Part shown: piece by piece, positions 24,138-37,130 of the stretch
Layout of the letters: each line of letters begins with the position of its first letter
Numbering within the stretch: the stretch's first letter is position 1
The notes under the pieces: model-generated
Databases searched by the model: none
The model's input: only the letters and a program-made list of their open reading frames with translations
Told to the model about the DNA's origin: nothing
Made by a program: the position numbers and the translations under genes
NCBI GenBank assembly: GCA_013239625.1
Contig: MU053557.1
Location: 3,502,123 to 3,566,122 of the forward strand
Direction: 5' to 3'
DNA length: 64,000 bases
Origin: Lama guanicoe
Taxonomy: Eukaryota

Positions 24138-25513
24138 GGACTGGGTCCGACTTAGAAACCAGACCGGGTCCAGGGTCAGACCAGGTCCGCATTCAGACTG
24201 GGTCCGACTTAGAAACCAGACCAGTTCCGTGTCAGACTGGGTCCGCAATCAGACTGGGTCCGACTTAGAAACCAGACCGGGTCCAGGGTCAGACCGGTTC
24301 CGGGGTCAGATCGGGTCCAGTGGCAGACCGGTTCCGGTGTCAGACTGGTTCTGCGGTCAGACTGGGTCCGACTTAGAAACCAGACCCGGTCCAGGGTCAG
24401 ACCGGGTCTGCGGTCAGACCGGGCCCGACTTAGAAACCAGACCGGGTCCAAGTCAGGCCGGTTCCGGGGTCAGACTGGGTCCGACTCAGAAACCACACCG
24501 GGTCCAGGGTCGGACTGGTTCCGGGGTCAGATCGGGTCCAGGGTCAGACCGGTTCCGGGGTCAGACAGGGTCCAGTGGCAGACCGGTTCCGGTATCAGAC
24601 TGGTTCTGCGGTCAGACTGGGTTCGATTTAGAAACCAGACCGGGTCCGGGGTCAGACTGGTCCGCTGTCAGACAGGGTCCGACTTAGAAACCAGACCGGG
24701 TCCGGGGTCAGACCGGGTCCGCGGTCAGACTGGGTCCGACTTAGAAACTAGACTGGGTCCGGGGTCAGACCGGTTCCGGGGGTCAGACCGGGTCCAGGGT
24801 CAGGCCGGTTCCGGGGTCAGACTGGGTCCAGTGGCAGACCGGTTCCGGTGTCAGACTGGGTCCGCGGTTAGACTTGGTCCGACTTAGAAACCAGACCGGT
24901 TCTGGCGTCAGACCGAGTCCGTGGTCAGAGTGGGTCCGACTTAGAAACTAGACCGGTTCCGGGGTCAGACCGGGTCCGCGGTCAGACTGGATCCGACTTG
25001 GAAACCAGACCGGGTCCAGGGTCAGACCGGGTCCGGGGTCAGACCGGGTCCACGGTCAGACCGAGCCCGACATAGAAACCAGACCGGGTCCTGGGTCAGA
25101 CTGGGTCCGGGGTCAGGCCGGGTCCGACCTAGAAACCAGACCGGGTCCTGGGTCAGACTGGGTCCGATTTAGAGACCAGACCGGGTCCGCCGTCAGACTG
25201 GGTCCGACTTAGAAACTAGACTGGGTCCGGGGTCAGATCGGTTCCGGGGTCAGACCGGGTCCGACTCAGAAACCAGACCGGATCCAGGGTCAGACTGGGT
25301 CCAGTGGCAGGCCGGTTCCGGTGTCAGACTTGGTCCGACTTAGAAACCAGGCCGGTTCTGGGGTCAGACCGAGTCCGTGGTCAGACTGGGTCCGACCTAG
25401 AAACCAGACCGGGTCCTGGGTCAGACTGGGTCCGGGGATCAGGCCGGGTCCGACCTAGAAACCAGACCGGTTCCGGGGTCCGACCGGGTCCTAGGTCAGA
25501 CTGGGGCCGACTT
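24138..25513 (+). repeat. GC/CpG-rich minisatellite of 23-bp (CAGACTGGGTCCGACTTAGAAAC) and 17-bp (CAGACCGGGTCCGGGGT) monomers
   Basis: Manual parse gives ~21 long and ~53 short monomers, nearly all starting CAGAC. Confidence 0.97.
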
Positions 25514-25947
25514 CCGCTGTTCTCGGTGCAGCGTGAGGCCTTGGGCGAATGAAAATATTGTTTGAAGGGAGAACAAGCAGTAACCTTACCAAAGATAATG
25601 GTGAATAACGTTGGCCACAGTGGAGGATTTTTAACCTAGATGATCCCTGGAGAAAAGCGCGTCTCAGCCACTCACCATGAAGGGTGGATGGAAAATTATT
25701 TTTCCTTCTTTAAAGTTCCTGATGACCAGGACGAGACCAGCTGGGACACCCCACTCTCTCTGAAGCCAGCATACAGGATCTCTCTGAATTCTGGCAGAAG
25801 TCGACGAAGGGTAAGAATCTTTACCAAAGTCAGCTCGTCCGTCTCAGTCCCTATCTGTGGTGCCTGGTAGAGAGAGGAAGGTAAAATTTCATTTTGTCCC
25901 TTCCTTTCCAAATTCAGATTGACAGGAAAAAACATTTGTAAGAATTC

Positions 25948-26500
25948 TGTTTCACAACACAAGTTCGTGTGCCTGACACACAGTGAGGCCAAACTGAAAC
26001 GTCGAGATTGGAGCAGAGAAAGTTTGCAGGGCCACGCGAGAATGAATGGCTCGTGCTCAAAAACCCCGGAGTCCCTGACGGTTTTCAGGGAAGATGTTTT
26101 ATGGGCAAAATTTGGGGTGAAGGCAGCAGGCTGTGTGACTTTCTTCTGACTGGTTGGTGGTGAGGTAACAGGCCGGTGCTCCAGGAACCTTGTGCTCAGC
26201 CTAAAGTTGCCATCCTCCGCCAGTGGGTGGGGGCCTTAGTTCCTGCAGAAGATCTCAAAGATATTATGTATATTCCCTGAGGAGGAGCCAGGACCCCGCT
26301 TTAATCACTGCTCTATAGATTCTTGATTCCTCCTCCATTGTTTCTTCATTCCCTTACTTCCCTCATTGCAACTGTTTGAATCTTCCCTTTGGAACTCAGG
26401 ATGGTCCAGGAGGCTGAAGCCTTTTTCCTGCAAACAAGAAACAGGGGACAGGGAAAGGATTTGTACTGGGACAGGTCTCACAGAGTCCTGCTCAGTTTCA
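25948..26500 (-). mobile_element. Nested ERV1-type solo LTR
   Basis: TGTTTCAC...CTCAGTTTCA termini; resembles a laurasiatherian ERV1 LTR (CAGTGAGGCCAAACTGAAACGTCG...GGAGCAGAGAAAG); TSD degraded (ATTC/GATC). Confidence 0.75.
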
Positions 26501-29082
26501 GATCTTTGAATTGTGACTTGTGAATTTGCTTTCTGGTACCATTGGTTGTCCATCCTTTCTCTCCTAGGGACAGCTATTGCCTTCTTGTTTGTTTTGTGTC
26601 CTGAGTATTTGGCTTGGCATCAGTCAGGTTGGGGGCCCCAAAAATACGGCCAGACAGAAATGTGGGTTGCATAAGTTTATCTTTTAACAGGTCAGCAGAA
26701 CCATTAAAAGGCAGTCTGGGTTTATGTGTTGCCTCTACCTATAACCTCCAAAACTTTTTTCTCCAGAACTGTAAAATGGTCTGATTAGACAAGACAATTT
26801 CTAGCATTCAGTGTTTAAATCTGTTTACTGTGGCAAAGTTCCTTAAGCTTAGGGATGCCCTTGAAATGTCCTCTGGCGGCACAAACAAGATGCTGGAAGC
26901 CATCTTGCATCCCTAACTTATCTGGTGAGCTGCCAGGTGTGGGTTTGGCTGAATCACTTGGCAGACCACAGCATCCTCTAGTGGTCAGATTTAAACCTCA
27001 AGACATATTCTGAATATCACAAGAAATTAACTTAAACCTTAGAGTGTCAAGCAACTGTGTTTTGCAAGTGTGGGACAGATTTTATGGGTTACTTCTGGTT
27101 CAGTCGGTGATGTATCCTCCACTATTTATCAGGAAGCCTGACACATCTCAGGGTCATTTCCTCCTCTGTCCACTTCTCCGTTCTGGGCTACTTGAGGGCT
27201 ACTTCTTTGTATGAACTTAGGAATTCAAGCTGCTTTTCCTTCTCTTTATTAGTGATTATAGATACTTTCTTTTCCTTATGAGGCCCTTCCTTATTTCTAC
27301 CTTATTTGCTGTCCCTGCCTGTAAACACATAGACCATTCAGTATGAGGATGGTGCTTAATATTCTTATGGAAGAAATTGGAAAGGAAAAGTCCTCCCTAA
27401 ATGAATGTGGTTTAGACTAAAAAGCATTAGATTTGGAGGCAGCCCAGAATTAAAAGCCTAACTTTACCACCTTATTTGCTGGTGTTATTAGTTGGGTTAC
27501 TTAACTTTTCCAAGTTTACTCACAAGATAAGGATAACCTTTCAGAGTTATTGTGGCCCATGTGTAAAGCAAAGTGAACTGCACAAAGGCCTCATAGTCAG
27601 TTCCTCTGGTCTATAGTCCCTTCCTTTCATGGCAGATCGTCTGGGGTTGGTTTGGTGGTAAAAGTTAGTTCAGAAGCAGGTCTTTGTTCCTCTGGTTATC
27701 TCAGCACAAACCTGTCAGGCTCAAAGAAGCAGATCTCCAGGTCAAGCCCTAGATGCAGTCCTCAGGCTACCAGGGAGAGCAGGCAGCTCTATACCATTGC
27801 TACTCACCTCGGTAACTATTGGGGAGTGGCCTCTGCTGGAGGAGAATGAAGACTGAATACGGAGGCTCCTCCACAGCATAGTTGAGAAAATGTAGCTTTT
27901 TTCATTTCCTCAATGATTCAGAGCCTCTTTGAGAAAATTGTGTCTAACCTGAAATCTACATCCTAAGATACATGGAAAAACCTTAAGACTAAACTCTATT
28001 CTATCAGACAGGTAACATTTTGAAATCATATGTCTCTGTACCTAGACCAGTGCCAGGCACAACAGATGCTCAATTAAATCCCAAGGAAACCAAAAGGGAT
28101 TATTTCAGTTGGTGAAAGGTGATGGGCAACATGTTCCTACACTGAGGGTTTCCCAACTATTTCTTAAAATGCCAGTCCATGGGATTACATGTATTCATGA
28201 TCAGTTGTGTCCTGTCACTTAATATCTGCAATCACATTCCCTGAGACAGAGTCCTCAGAACGTCAGGAAGATGGGGAAGGAAAAAGCATCATGAAACCCT
28301 GTCCAAAACTATCGAATTGCTGTGTTTTGGGAAACTTGGTTTATTCTGAGTTTGCCTCCATTCTCTGTCCTCAGTACAATCAAACATGCCTTTGAGGTAA
28401 AATCATAAAAGCATATGGGAGCAACAGGAAGTATTTAGATGCAACAGGAATTATTTATTCAACAATCAGGCCAGCCACACGTCATAGTATTCTGACGGGA
28501 TTTCAGAACCTTGATTCTCAGCAAGGCCCAGATTTTTGAATGAGGACAGGAACCTGGCGCTTCCTGTAGAAGAGAATGGGAAAAAAAAATCAGCTTAAAC
28601 TTTGCTGACAAAAATGTGACTATGGGAGAAAGACAAGGATAAAAGATCAGCTTTATGTAAAATAGAGAAGTTTGAGGTTTATTCCCATTTCAATTTCTCT
28701 TACTCATTTACTTACTCACTTATTCATTAATTCATCAAATAACTGATACAGAACCATTACATACACTAGGAATACAACAGAAGGGGAAAATGCTGTCCTT
28801 GCAGAGTTTCCAGATCTAGTGGGGCATTGTAATAACCCTCTGAAATTCATCTTTAATCCATGGTTGCTTCTTTTACTTCTGGTGTCGTTGTCCTAGCCAC
28901 CAGGTTTCCATCTTAGCTGGTGCCCAGGCTACTTCAGGACCTTCTAATTGATTTATCTTTTGCCTTAGAACTCTGGATATTCACATCTGTGAGATGTTGC
29001 AAAAGGATATCTTATCCTTACCCCATATGATACCTGCTATAGTTAACAACTAAACAGAGCCCACGGGTTGACCCGTTTTCTG

Positions 29083-29272
29083 CAGCTGTGCTGTTTACGA
29101 TAGCTGACAGTATCCACATATAGCTATTTAACTTTAAATCAGTTAAACTTAATTAATATTAAAAATCCAGCTTTTCAGTTGTAGTAGCCACATTTAAGTG
29201 CTAGTGCCATGGCGAGAGGACTCCATGTTGGACAGCATTTCCATCACTGCAGAAATTTCTACGGGAAAATGC
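29083..29272. mobile_element. hAT-Charlie DNA transposon fossil (MER3-like)
   Basis: GTAGCCACATTTAAGTGCT...GGACAGCATTTCCATCACTGCAGAAATTTCTA pattern. Confidence 0.65.
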
Positions 29273-31094
29273 TCATCTATAGAAAAGAATTTGTCAGTAT
29301 AGATCCCCTAAGAAGACGTAGAAGAATTAGGAAAAAAGCCCTTGCTGAATATATCTGCCAAGTACATAAGGATCAAGGTGATTCAGGTCCTTGTTTGTCC
29401 TGTCTCAGAACCCAACAGCTAGCGTTAGAGCCTGGCTCTAGTTTACTATATTATTTGGAGCTTTTAATAGGCAGTAGAGAGAAAGGCAAGATGATGCATT
29501 TGACAATATGTTGCATTTGAAAAAGCCACATTTTCTCTCTAGACCTGTTCTCTTATCAGGGAAATATGGGAAGAGAAGTTACATTTTCTGTTATTCAAAT
29601 GTTGCTCACATATTTACATATGTTTGAAAGAACAGAAGGAGCTGGTTGGGCTGGTAGGTTTTAAAGGCTAAGGAAACAGGGTGTCCCAGCTCTGTGCTCA
29701 TATTTTCCAGTGTTTCACTCTATGTATTGGGCCTTTTGATCTTGGCACTTGGAAGTTGCCCAAGTCTCAAGGCTGTTCTGTTGCTTTCTCCTCCCCTTAG
29801 ATGGCAATGTTTGACTTTAATGTCAACAATATAGGCCATGAGAAAATTAACAAGTGGTTTCAGGTTCCTTTTACAAGTCTTTAATGTGGAAAATTTTTTA
29901 AAAAGCAAAACACCTAATGTTTGGGGGGCCTTAAAGTTCAGGATATTAGATTTGTCTCCCTGGGGACATCTTTCCACAATTCTTGTTAAGTACTGAGGAT
30001 TTTCTGAAATGATTTAAAGCAGACAGGAAGAGGGTTCATGGTGTAGGGAATTTAAGCAGTGGAGTAGTGAAAATGTATGCAGTTATTTGAGCCTAAATCA
30101 AGGTCTTAATACCAAGTCATTTCCAGGATAAGTTAGAGTTCTCTGGGTCACTTGTGGAATCTCTTATTGGTTTTGACCATTCTACACCTTTATTTAACCT
30201 GGGATGTTTTTGTGATACTATCAAAATGCAGACCCCTGTTTAAGTGACATCCTTTTCATGAATCCTTTCTTAACCCTTTCAATAGCAAGCAATCTGTGTC
30301 TCTCCTTCACTGCTGTGTCATGTTGCTCACACCTCATTTGATGGCATTTGTCATAAGTTCCAAGAAGCTACCTTATTTGTACTATTTTCTTAGTTATAGC
30401 CACAAAGAAAGCAGAGGAGATAGCAGAATGCTTGGCACGTAAGTGTTCAGTAGCTGGCTAAGATAAAAAATCTGTGGCAAATCTATGTCTCTGAGTTCCT
30501 GAGTCTGGTTTCCATCACCTGCCCACCTACTGTCAGGTCAGAAACTCCACTGAGGCTGGCTCTCACATCCATATGCTAACGTGTTATAAAAGTACATTTC
30601 TGGTCCCTAATCCAGATAATTTGGGTTTGCATACTTGAGGGCTTTAGGAAACACAGTCTTTGCTGTCACCAAGGAAAATGTTTGAAGTTCAAAGGTATTT
30701 TGGGTGTATGGGTTAAAAAAAAATCCAGACTACCTACTTACTGTCTGCTATAAAAGCTTGCTTAGGTTTTTATCATAGAAATGATTTTTTAAAAATCGCG
30801 AGAACCATTCAAACGCTTTCCATCCTCTGTTCCATTGTCCTTTCCTTAGCATCTTTGATACCATACCATTAATTCCTTTCTCACTTTTGTTCAGTTTTTC
30901 CTTCCTACTGGAATGCGTCTGTCTCCTTTATGGCCTAGAGAAAGCCTCCAGACGTCTCCAAATCTCAGCAGGCAGAATTAGTTCTTTCAAAAGTTGCTTA
31001 TACCACCATCGGCCACACGGTGGCAGCCTTGAGTGTACCCAAGCTGGGAGACAACACTTGTTAGATTTTCTCCTGGATCTTGGAAATGCTTAGT

Positions 31095-31275
31095 CTGGTA
31101 GTGGAAAGAACAAGGATTCTGTCCCTAATCTGCCACTCATTGCTGGGTGATCTTGAGCAAGTTATTTAAACTGTGTTTCAATTTCTTCCTGTGTATAATA
31201 AGCCTGGAATTATTTACCTCATGGAGTCATTGTGAAAATTAAGTGCCTCACACAATGATTGACATAGTAAATACT
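31095..31275 (+). mobile_element. MIR
   Basis: TCTGCCACTCATTGCTGGGTGATCTTGAGCAAGTTATTTAA core. Confidence 0.7.
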
Positions 31276-31784
31276 ATTTTCTATCCAAGTACACACACAC
31301 ACTCTCACACCTCTATATATGATCATAACAGATATGTAATAAGGAGAAAAAGAGATCAAGAGTTGTTTTGAAGAAAACTAGATATTTTGTTTCTCTCATG
31401 GTAAGATTAATGTTATTGGTATATTCACTGGGGCTTAGAGGAATAATATATGTAAATATTGGAATACATCTAGCTTAAAATATATATTTTAAAAGAAATT
31501 AAAGTGTATACTCACGTATTTTCAATACATAACATGCATTCATTAGAATAAGTAACTCCATCAGTCCCACAGACAGGGTTATAAATCTTGGAACATCCAC
31601 TCACTTCATTGCTACATTTAGCCTAAAAATGGAATGAAACAGAGTCACTTTCTATCATTCTTCCTTCTTTGACTTTATAGCAAAATTTCTAAAACCTTCC
31701 TGGAGTCGATCGATTTAAAGATGGAAGCATGATGATAACTGGGAGAGTGATACTGAGTGTTCAAGAGGAAGAATCCGAGATTTG

Positions 31785-31955
31785 GAGTCAGAAACCCTGG
31801 TTTGAAGTAATGCCTCTGCTATTTACAAGTTGTGTGACATTTATAAATCTGTTGGCGTGTCTGAACCACAGTCACTTCATCTGCAGAATGGCAATGATGC
31901 TGTCTTTTCCCCCACCCATCTGGCCCACAGTGTTGTGAGGTGTGAATGAGGCGAG
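31785..31955 (+). mobile_element. MIR
   Basis: GGAGTCAGAAACCCTGGTTTGAA...CTTCATCTGCAGAATGG. Confidence 0.65.
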
Positions 31956-34900
31956 TGGGTTAATGTTCAAGTTGACAATTACTGCAGGGGCTGGCTCCCG
32001 TCGGTCTGGTCAGCCACGCCGGCGGGCATGTTCATCCCAGCACACGATAGTCCCACCTCCCTGGTCTTCTCCAGATCACTTAAAGACGCAAGGTGCTTCC
32101 TTCCACCCTTGCAGTCTTTGCACAGCCTGTTTCCTCTACCATCAGTAAGAATTAGTAATTATCGACAGACTGTTAGAGGCCAGACATTGTCCTAAGTGCT
32201 TTTTTGTGTTATATTTAAACTGTACAACTGTTCTGGGAGCGTTGTACTGTACTCTTCTTCTGGTGAAGACAGTGTGACAGAAAGACTGAATCCTCCAGGG
32301 CCACACACCTGATGATTCCTGGATCTGGGACTCAAGCCCAGGCAGTCTAGGTCCTGAGCTTTAGCTCCTAACCGCCTCATGCTACTGCTTCTCCCCGCTG
32401 GTGATATGTTGGTAACACCCACTTATCCTTCATGGCTGAAAATAAAGCTCACCGACTTTAGGGCACCTTCCCTGAGCTAACTAAGCTAGGTTTCTAATGG
32501 TACCAAAACTTCTTTAGAACATATCACAGATATAATAATTTATTTTACTCGTACTTTTGGTTTGTCATCTGCCTTCCCACTAGATATAAATGTAATGAGA
32601 GAGGGACACTTCTTCCTTTGGTCTCCAACGTTACTGAAATTTACATTATAAATGGTAATTTCAAGAAAAATGGAAAAGTTAGATACAGAATATACTTCTA
32701 GAGAAAGAACCGAGTTTATTACTATTTTTGCTCATTATAAATTAGAGCTTCATCTTGTTGATGGGGAGAACTTTATGCCAACGTAGTCAAACTGGCTGTA
32801 AGGAGGAAGGGCAACGTGGAGTTATATTAAGGCTTCCACTGAACATCCTTGCCCTACCAGAGTGCCCTAGTATATATAAAAACCCCTTTATAACAAGCAT
32901 TAATTGACTGCATAGAAACTGTTTAGGTATTGGTGAATTTGTCCTTCAGCATAAACGCCTGTGGGGGAACTACAGTTATTACCCACATTTATAGGTTAAG
33001 CCTTGCCAGCATTTATACTCCTCGTATTAAGTTCAGGCTAAAGTAAAAGGTGACAGACTGTGCTTTGGTTGGAACAAACAGTCCTAGCCCCAGAGATAAG
33101 AAATTACAAAATTGTATTTACCTCTCTTCCCAGGAAGTTAGCATTAGTGTTACCTAGAAAACGTAAATCAGATAGGTGAGGTTGGGTCATTCAGAATTTT
33201 CTGCTTCCATTTAAATCTGTGAATTCTCTGCTGGTCGCTACCCGCTCCTTCTTATTTTGCCTTTTTTTCAAGGACATCTCATTGGTATCTACTCCCTGCA
33301 TGCTGAAACCTCAAAAAGTTATGCAAAAATTTGATTGTGACCAAAGTATCTCAATTTCCATTTGCTTGAAAATAGAAATGATGTACTTACTGCTTGAAAT
33401 GTATCAGGCGCCGAGCAAATGTCTTCTGAATGCCCACTAGTAACGACCAGTTACCAGACTGTTGATCTCACAGTTAGTAATGTGGAAAGTTAAAAGTATC
33501 TTGATCTCAGTTTATCGATGAAGCTATGGAGAGTTTGTATGACTAGCTGTGAAACAGTTACCACTAGCATTAACCAGGTGTTCTGATACAAAACTAACTT
33601 TTAGCAATTACATGTGTCTTCTTTTGTAAGGAATGTTACAAAATGGAGCTCTTTCCCTCCATTGCATTACACTATTAGTACAATTCACATTTCTTGAACT
33701 TATAGTAGATGCTTAAAGTTGCCACGCTTCATTCCCCAGAAAATAGCAGGTCTTGCTGACATCATGTAGAGAATGGTGATTGTGGGTGAGCTCATTTCAG
33801 GAAAGGGGAACTAATCTGATAGTATCCAAAGGAAGAAATGCTGGTGAGATTTGGTTTTGATATTAACAATCTCTGAGGTGATCTGGGTAAGGAGGTAGTT
33901 CTTCCTAGCTAAATGTCTTGAAAAATAATGAGACACCTATGGGCTTGGAGAAGAAGGTCCCAGCAGAATTTCAGAATCTAGTTGAGTCTGAAAATGGATG
34001 AGCAGGTGGTCACTACAGGTGTCCATCTGTATTAATAAATACGCATGAGATGGGGAAAAGGGACTATTGCTCCCATAAATATTTAGCAAATACAACAAAC
34101 AATATTGCTTGTCTTCTTCTCAAAGTGCCGAGTTGCCTGTCAGCAGGTGTGTTTGCTGGATCTGATAAGAAGTTAAAAGTGTTCATCGTTTCCAGTGGCA
34201 AAAAGGAAGCTGATCTCTATCCTGTGGTTTCAGATTGTCAAAGTTGTCAAGCCATTTGGGGGTTATACACACACCATCTATTCAAGAATATTTTTCTGGA
34301 AATAATCTGTAGGTCAAAATTTTGAATCAAACTCTGCCTTTAGTAAACCATTGTTATCTATTTATGTGGTTCCATGAGAACTTAAAATTTGTAAACTGGC
34401 CTTAACCATTTACAGAGTTAAAAAGGTACTTGAGATTGAAATAATCCCTTCTTTTTTCTGCCGTATCTCTGACAAAGGGTCAGGCTTATTGCCTGGGGAA
34501 AACCATTTCGCCTCCGGGCACTTCCCACTAGTAACATTGTTTTCCTTGTGTGATGTTACAATCCCTTTTTCTATGTAAAATTTTCATCCACTGGTCTTAT
34601 TTCATCTTATTAGGATCAAAAGAGCTGACCAAGATTAAACTCTAAATCTGGAAGGTAATGTGCTCAGTAAAGTAACAGGTCAAAAAGGTCTCACACAAAT
34701 TAGAAAAATATGCCAAGACACCTACCAGATGAACTCAACAGGGCCAAGGCACTGAGAAGAAAGATGCTTGCTATCTTCATGGCTGAAGTTCTATGTCCAG
34801 AGCTCAGTCGAAAACTGCTCTAAACTTGCCACTTGTCTCCAGAACCCTGAGACTGGAGGGGTCATATAGGCTGCATAGGATGCCAGGCTCCACCTGCTGC

Positions 34901-35511
34901 CCTGTGGCCCAGATCCCCTTGGTTATTGATTGACTCTGTAGCCTAGCCTGCCCCCAGGTTTGGGGCATGTCACCTGTGTCAGAAAGATAAGAGGAATAGC
35001 TGGGCCAGAGATATGCCAGGTAAGGACTGTCAGGAAGAGATCACTCGTGGTTAGTTAGTTGGTTCTCCCCCTAACTTCCTCTGTGACCACTGAAAGGCCC
35101 CCTTTGTTTCCCTCGAGGCCTGGTTTTCTCATCTGTAAGGTGAACTCGGAGTTCCTTGCACTCTGTAGTTCTGGATGTGTGAACAGGTGTGGATATCTAA
35201 AAAACCTTCTCCATTCTTAAGCTCCCCTTTTTTATTCTCTGTCTCATTTCTCTCTTTTTCTATCACCCATTCAAAAGCCCAAAGTGGCTAACAGAGGGGC
35301 AGGTTAGAGGCAGGGAGGACTCAGTTCCCTAAAGAGTACGTGTGCTCGGGGGCTGGCGTGGGCTCACTAGAGACACATAATAGTTCCAGGTTCTTTTACA
35401 AGAAGTTCACTTCAGCTGTGCCTCAATTTGTTTATCTAAGAACAGAAATAATACTAGGACCTCCCTCAGAGTGTTAATCTTTCATTCAAAATACATATTG
35501 TGTTCGCTATG

Positions 35512-36000
35512 TGTTGCTTGGGGAGGCAATTCTTCACTCTCTCTCGTGTTTCTGCCCGTCTTGTGGATAAAGACACTGACTGCCTGTGTTTCAATCAATT
35601 TTCTCAAGAGCGTATGTACAATAAACAGCCTTAGAAAGCCTGAAGTAAAGGGGAGGTTTGTTTACCGTTGGTTATAGTAAGATAATCTCTCACCAGGGCA
35701 AAGTTCAGGCGGGCCTAGTGCCCTTTTAAAAAGATAGGGGATTTTTAAAAGCTTGGCCTCCTTCCCTTGTGGCACACTGGCCTTCCGGTGCAGGTACCCC
35801 GAGCCCTCCTCAGTGCCCCTGGGGAGACTGGTTCTGGAGAACCAGAGCGAATGCTGACACTCTGACGTGCTATTGAATGGTTGCATCTCATTCCTCTGAC
35901 TCAGGAGGCTGTGTCTTCTGCTGGCATCCCTTTAACTGTGGCAGGCTGACCTGTCAGCTTCCAAAGAGGGTAAAATCCTATACCCTCCCAGGTCTTATCG
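35512..36000 (+). mobile_element. Old ERV1 LTR (MER31/MER67-like) inserted in an L2 3' end
   Basis: GGGAGGCAATTCT...GACACTGACTGCCT...GGGTAAAATC terminus; flanks TATG/TGTG; L2 sequence resumes at 36001. Confidence 0.6.
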
Positions 36001-36199
36001 TGTGCCAAAAACTGTCCTCACCTCTGGGGATGTAACAGTGAATAAAAATGACAGCTCCTGCCCTTGTGGAGTTTCCATTGCATTTTGGTTGGGGGAGACA
36101 GGCCATGAAAAAGTAATCAAATAATTATAAAAGATATCAGATAATACATATTTATACACACATTTATTTATTTCCAAAATACATGTTATCTTTTTTCCT

Positions 36200-37130
36200 A
36201 GATCTCTCCTCTGAGCTTCAGACCGGATATTAAGCGCCTTCTTGACAGTCTGGACATCCTCCAGGTACTTCAGACTGACTCTGTTCCATGTAACTGTTTT
36301 AATCAATCACCACAAATATTTTTCTCTTCAGTCTCCCCGTTGCTTCTCTTCCTTCCAACTGGTTGGTCAAGCCAAAACCTGAGTCTTCTCCCCGATGCCC
36401 CCTCAGCCGTTACCATGCACCATCTTTCCTTCTTAATTAATTTCCTTCTTAATTTTCCTTCCCAAGTTCTCTTCTTGAATCTGGGTCCAAAGTGACCTCA
36501 GTTCTGGATACTTCTTGTCACCGTACACTGTCATGTCTAAGATGATGCCATCATTTCCACCTTGGTTTTCTAAAATTTCCTTTAAGTACTCTCCCAACAA
36601 CGTCTGCTAGTATTTCTTTCTCAAACTACTCTCCGTAGGACGGTCCAGTGATCTTTCTAGAGTGTAAATGTGGTCACAGCACTCTCCAGTTTCCCACGGC
36701 CCACAGCCCTCAGGAGGGGTCTGGGCTCCTCATGATTTGGCTCCTTTCTACCTCTCTAGCTTTACCCCCCACCAGTTTCCTCCTTGCTTCACCTGTGGGG
36801 CTGCAGTTGGTCATTGCTCTGTTCCTTCTTCATGGAGGGAAAAAAAGCATCCAGGTTTTAATCCCGAAGACTCAGGCTACATAGGATTTTCTCTGGGAGC
36901 TGCTTTTCGGAACCGTCCCTCATCCTCTTCTGCATCTAGATGAGGCCTTGCCATTGTGTTATTTCATGATACCCTGCATTGCACTTTAATTTCATCCCAT
37001 AGCTGTTTGTATGATTATTATGGAATGCATCTTTACCTTTAGGGAGCAAACATGGGTGTGTTGTTTGCAGTGACTAGTAAAGTGTCTGGAAAATAGTAGA
37101 GTCTAAGTCAGTATTTACTGAAAACATGAC
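36200..37130 (+). mobile_element. L2 fragment
   Basis: Pyrimidine-rich L2-like sequence (CTCTGAGCTTCAGAC; CCAGTGATCTTTCTAGAGTGTAAAT). Confidence 0.55.

Larger units (their letters stand above)
23873..26689 (+). mobile_element. Non-coding ERV internal/leader region with minisatellite, nested LTR and 3'-LTR stub
   Basis: Follows the LTR; donor-like sites at 23995 and 25811; ends in AGTTTATCTTTTAACA (14/16 identical to the 5' LTR end). Confidence 0.65.

Noticed and set aside
24028..24687. 219-aa repetitive ORF and overlapping repeat ORFs
   Set aside because: By-product of a GC-rich repeat with a 57-bp block; starts at a non-ATG codon and changes frame through the array
24138..25513. CRISPR-like array (constant 23-bp unit with variable spacers)
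   Set aside because: The spacers are themselves copies of a 17-bp monomer related to the repeat, there are no cas genes, and the context is a mammalian ERV
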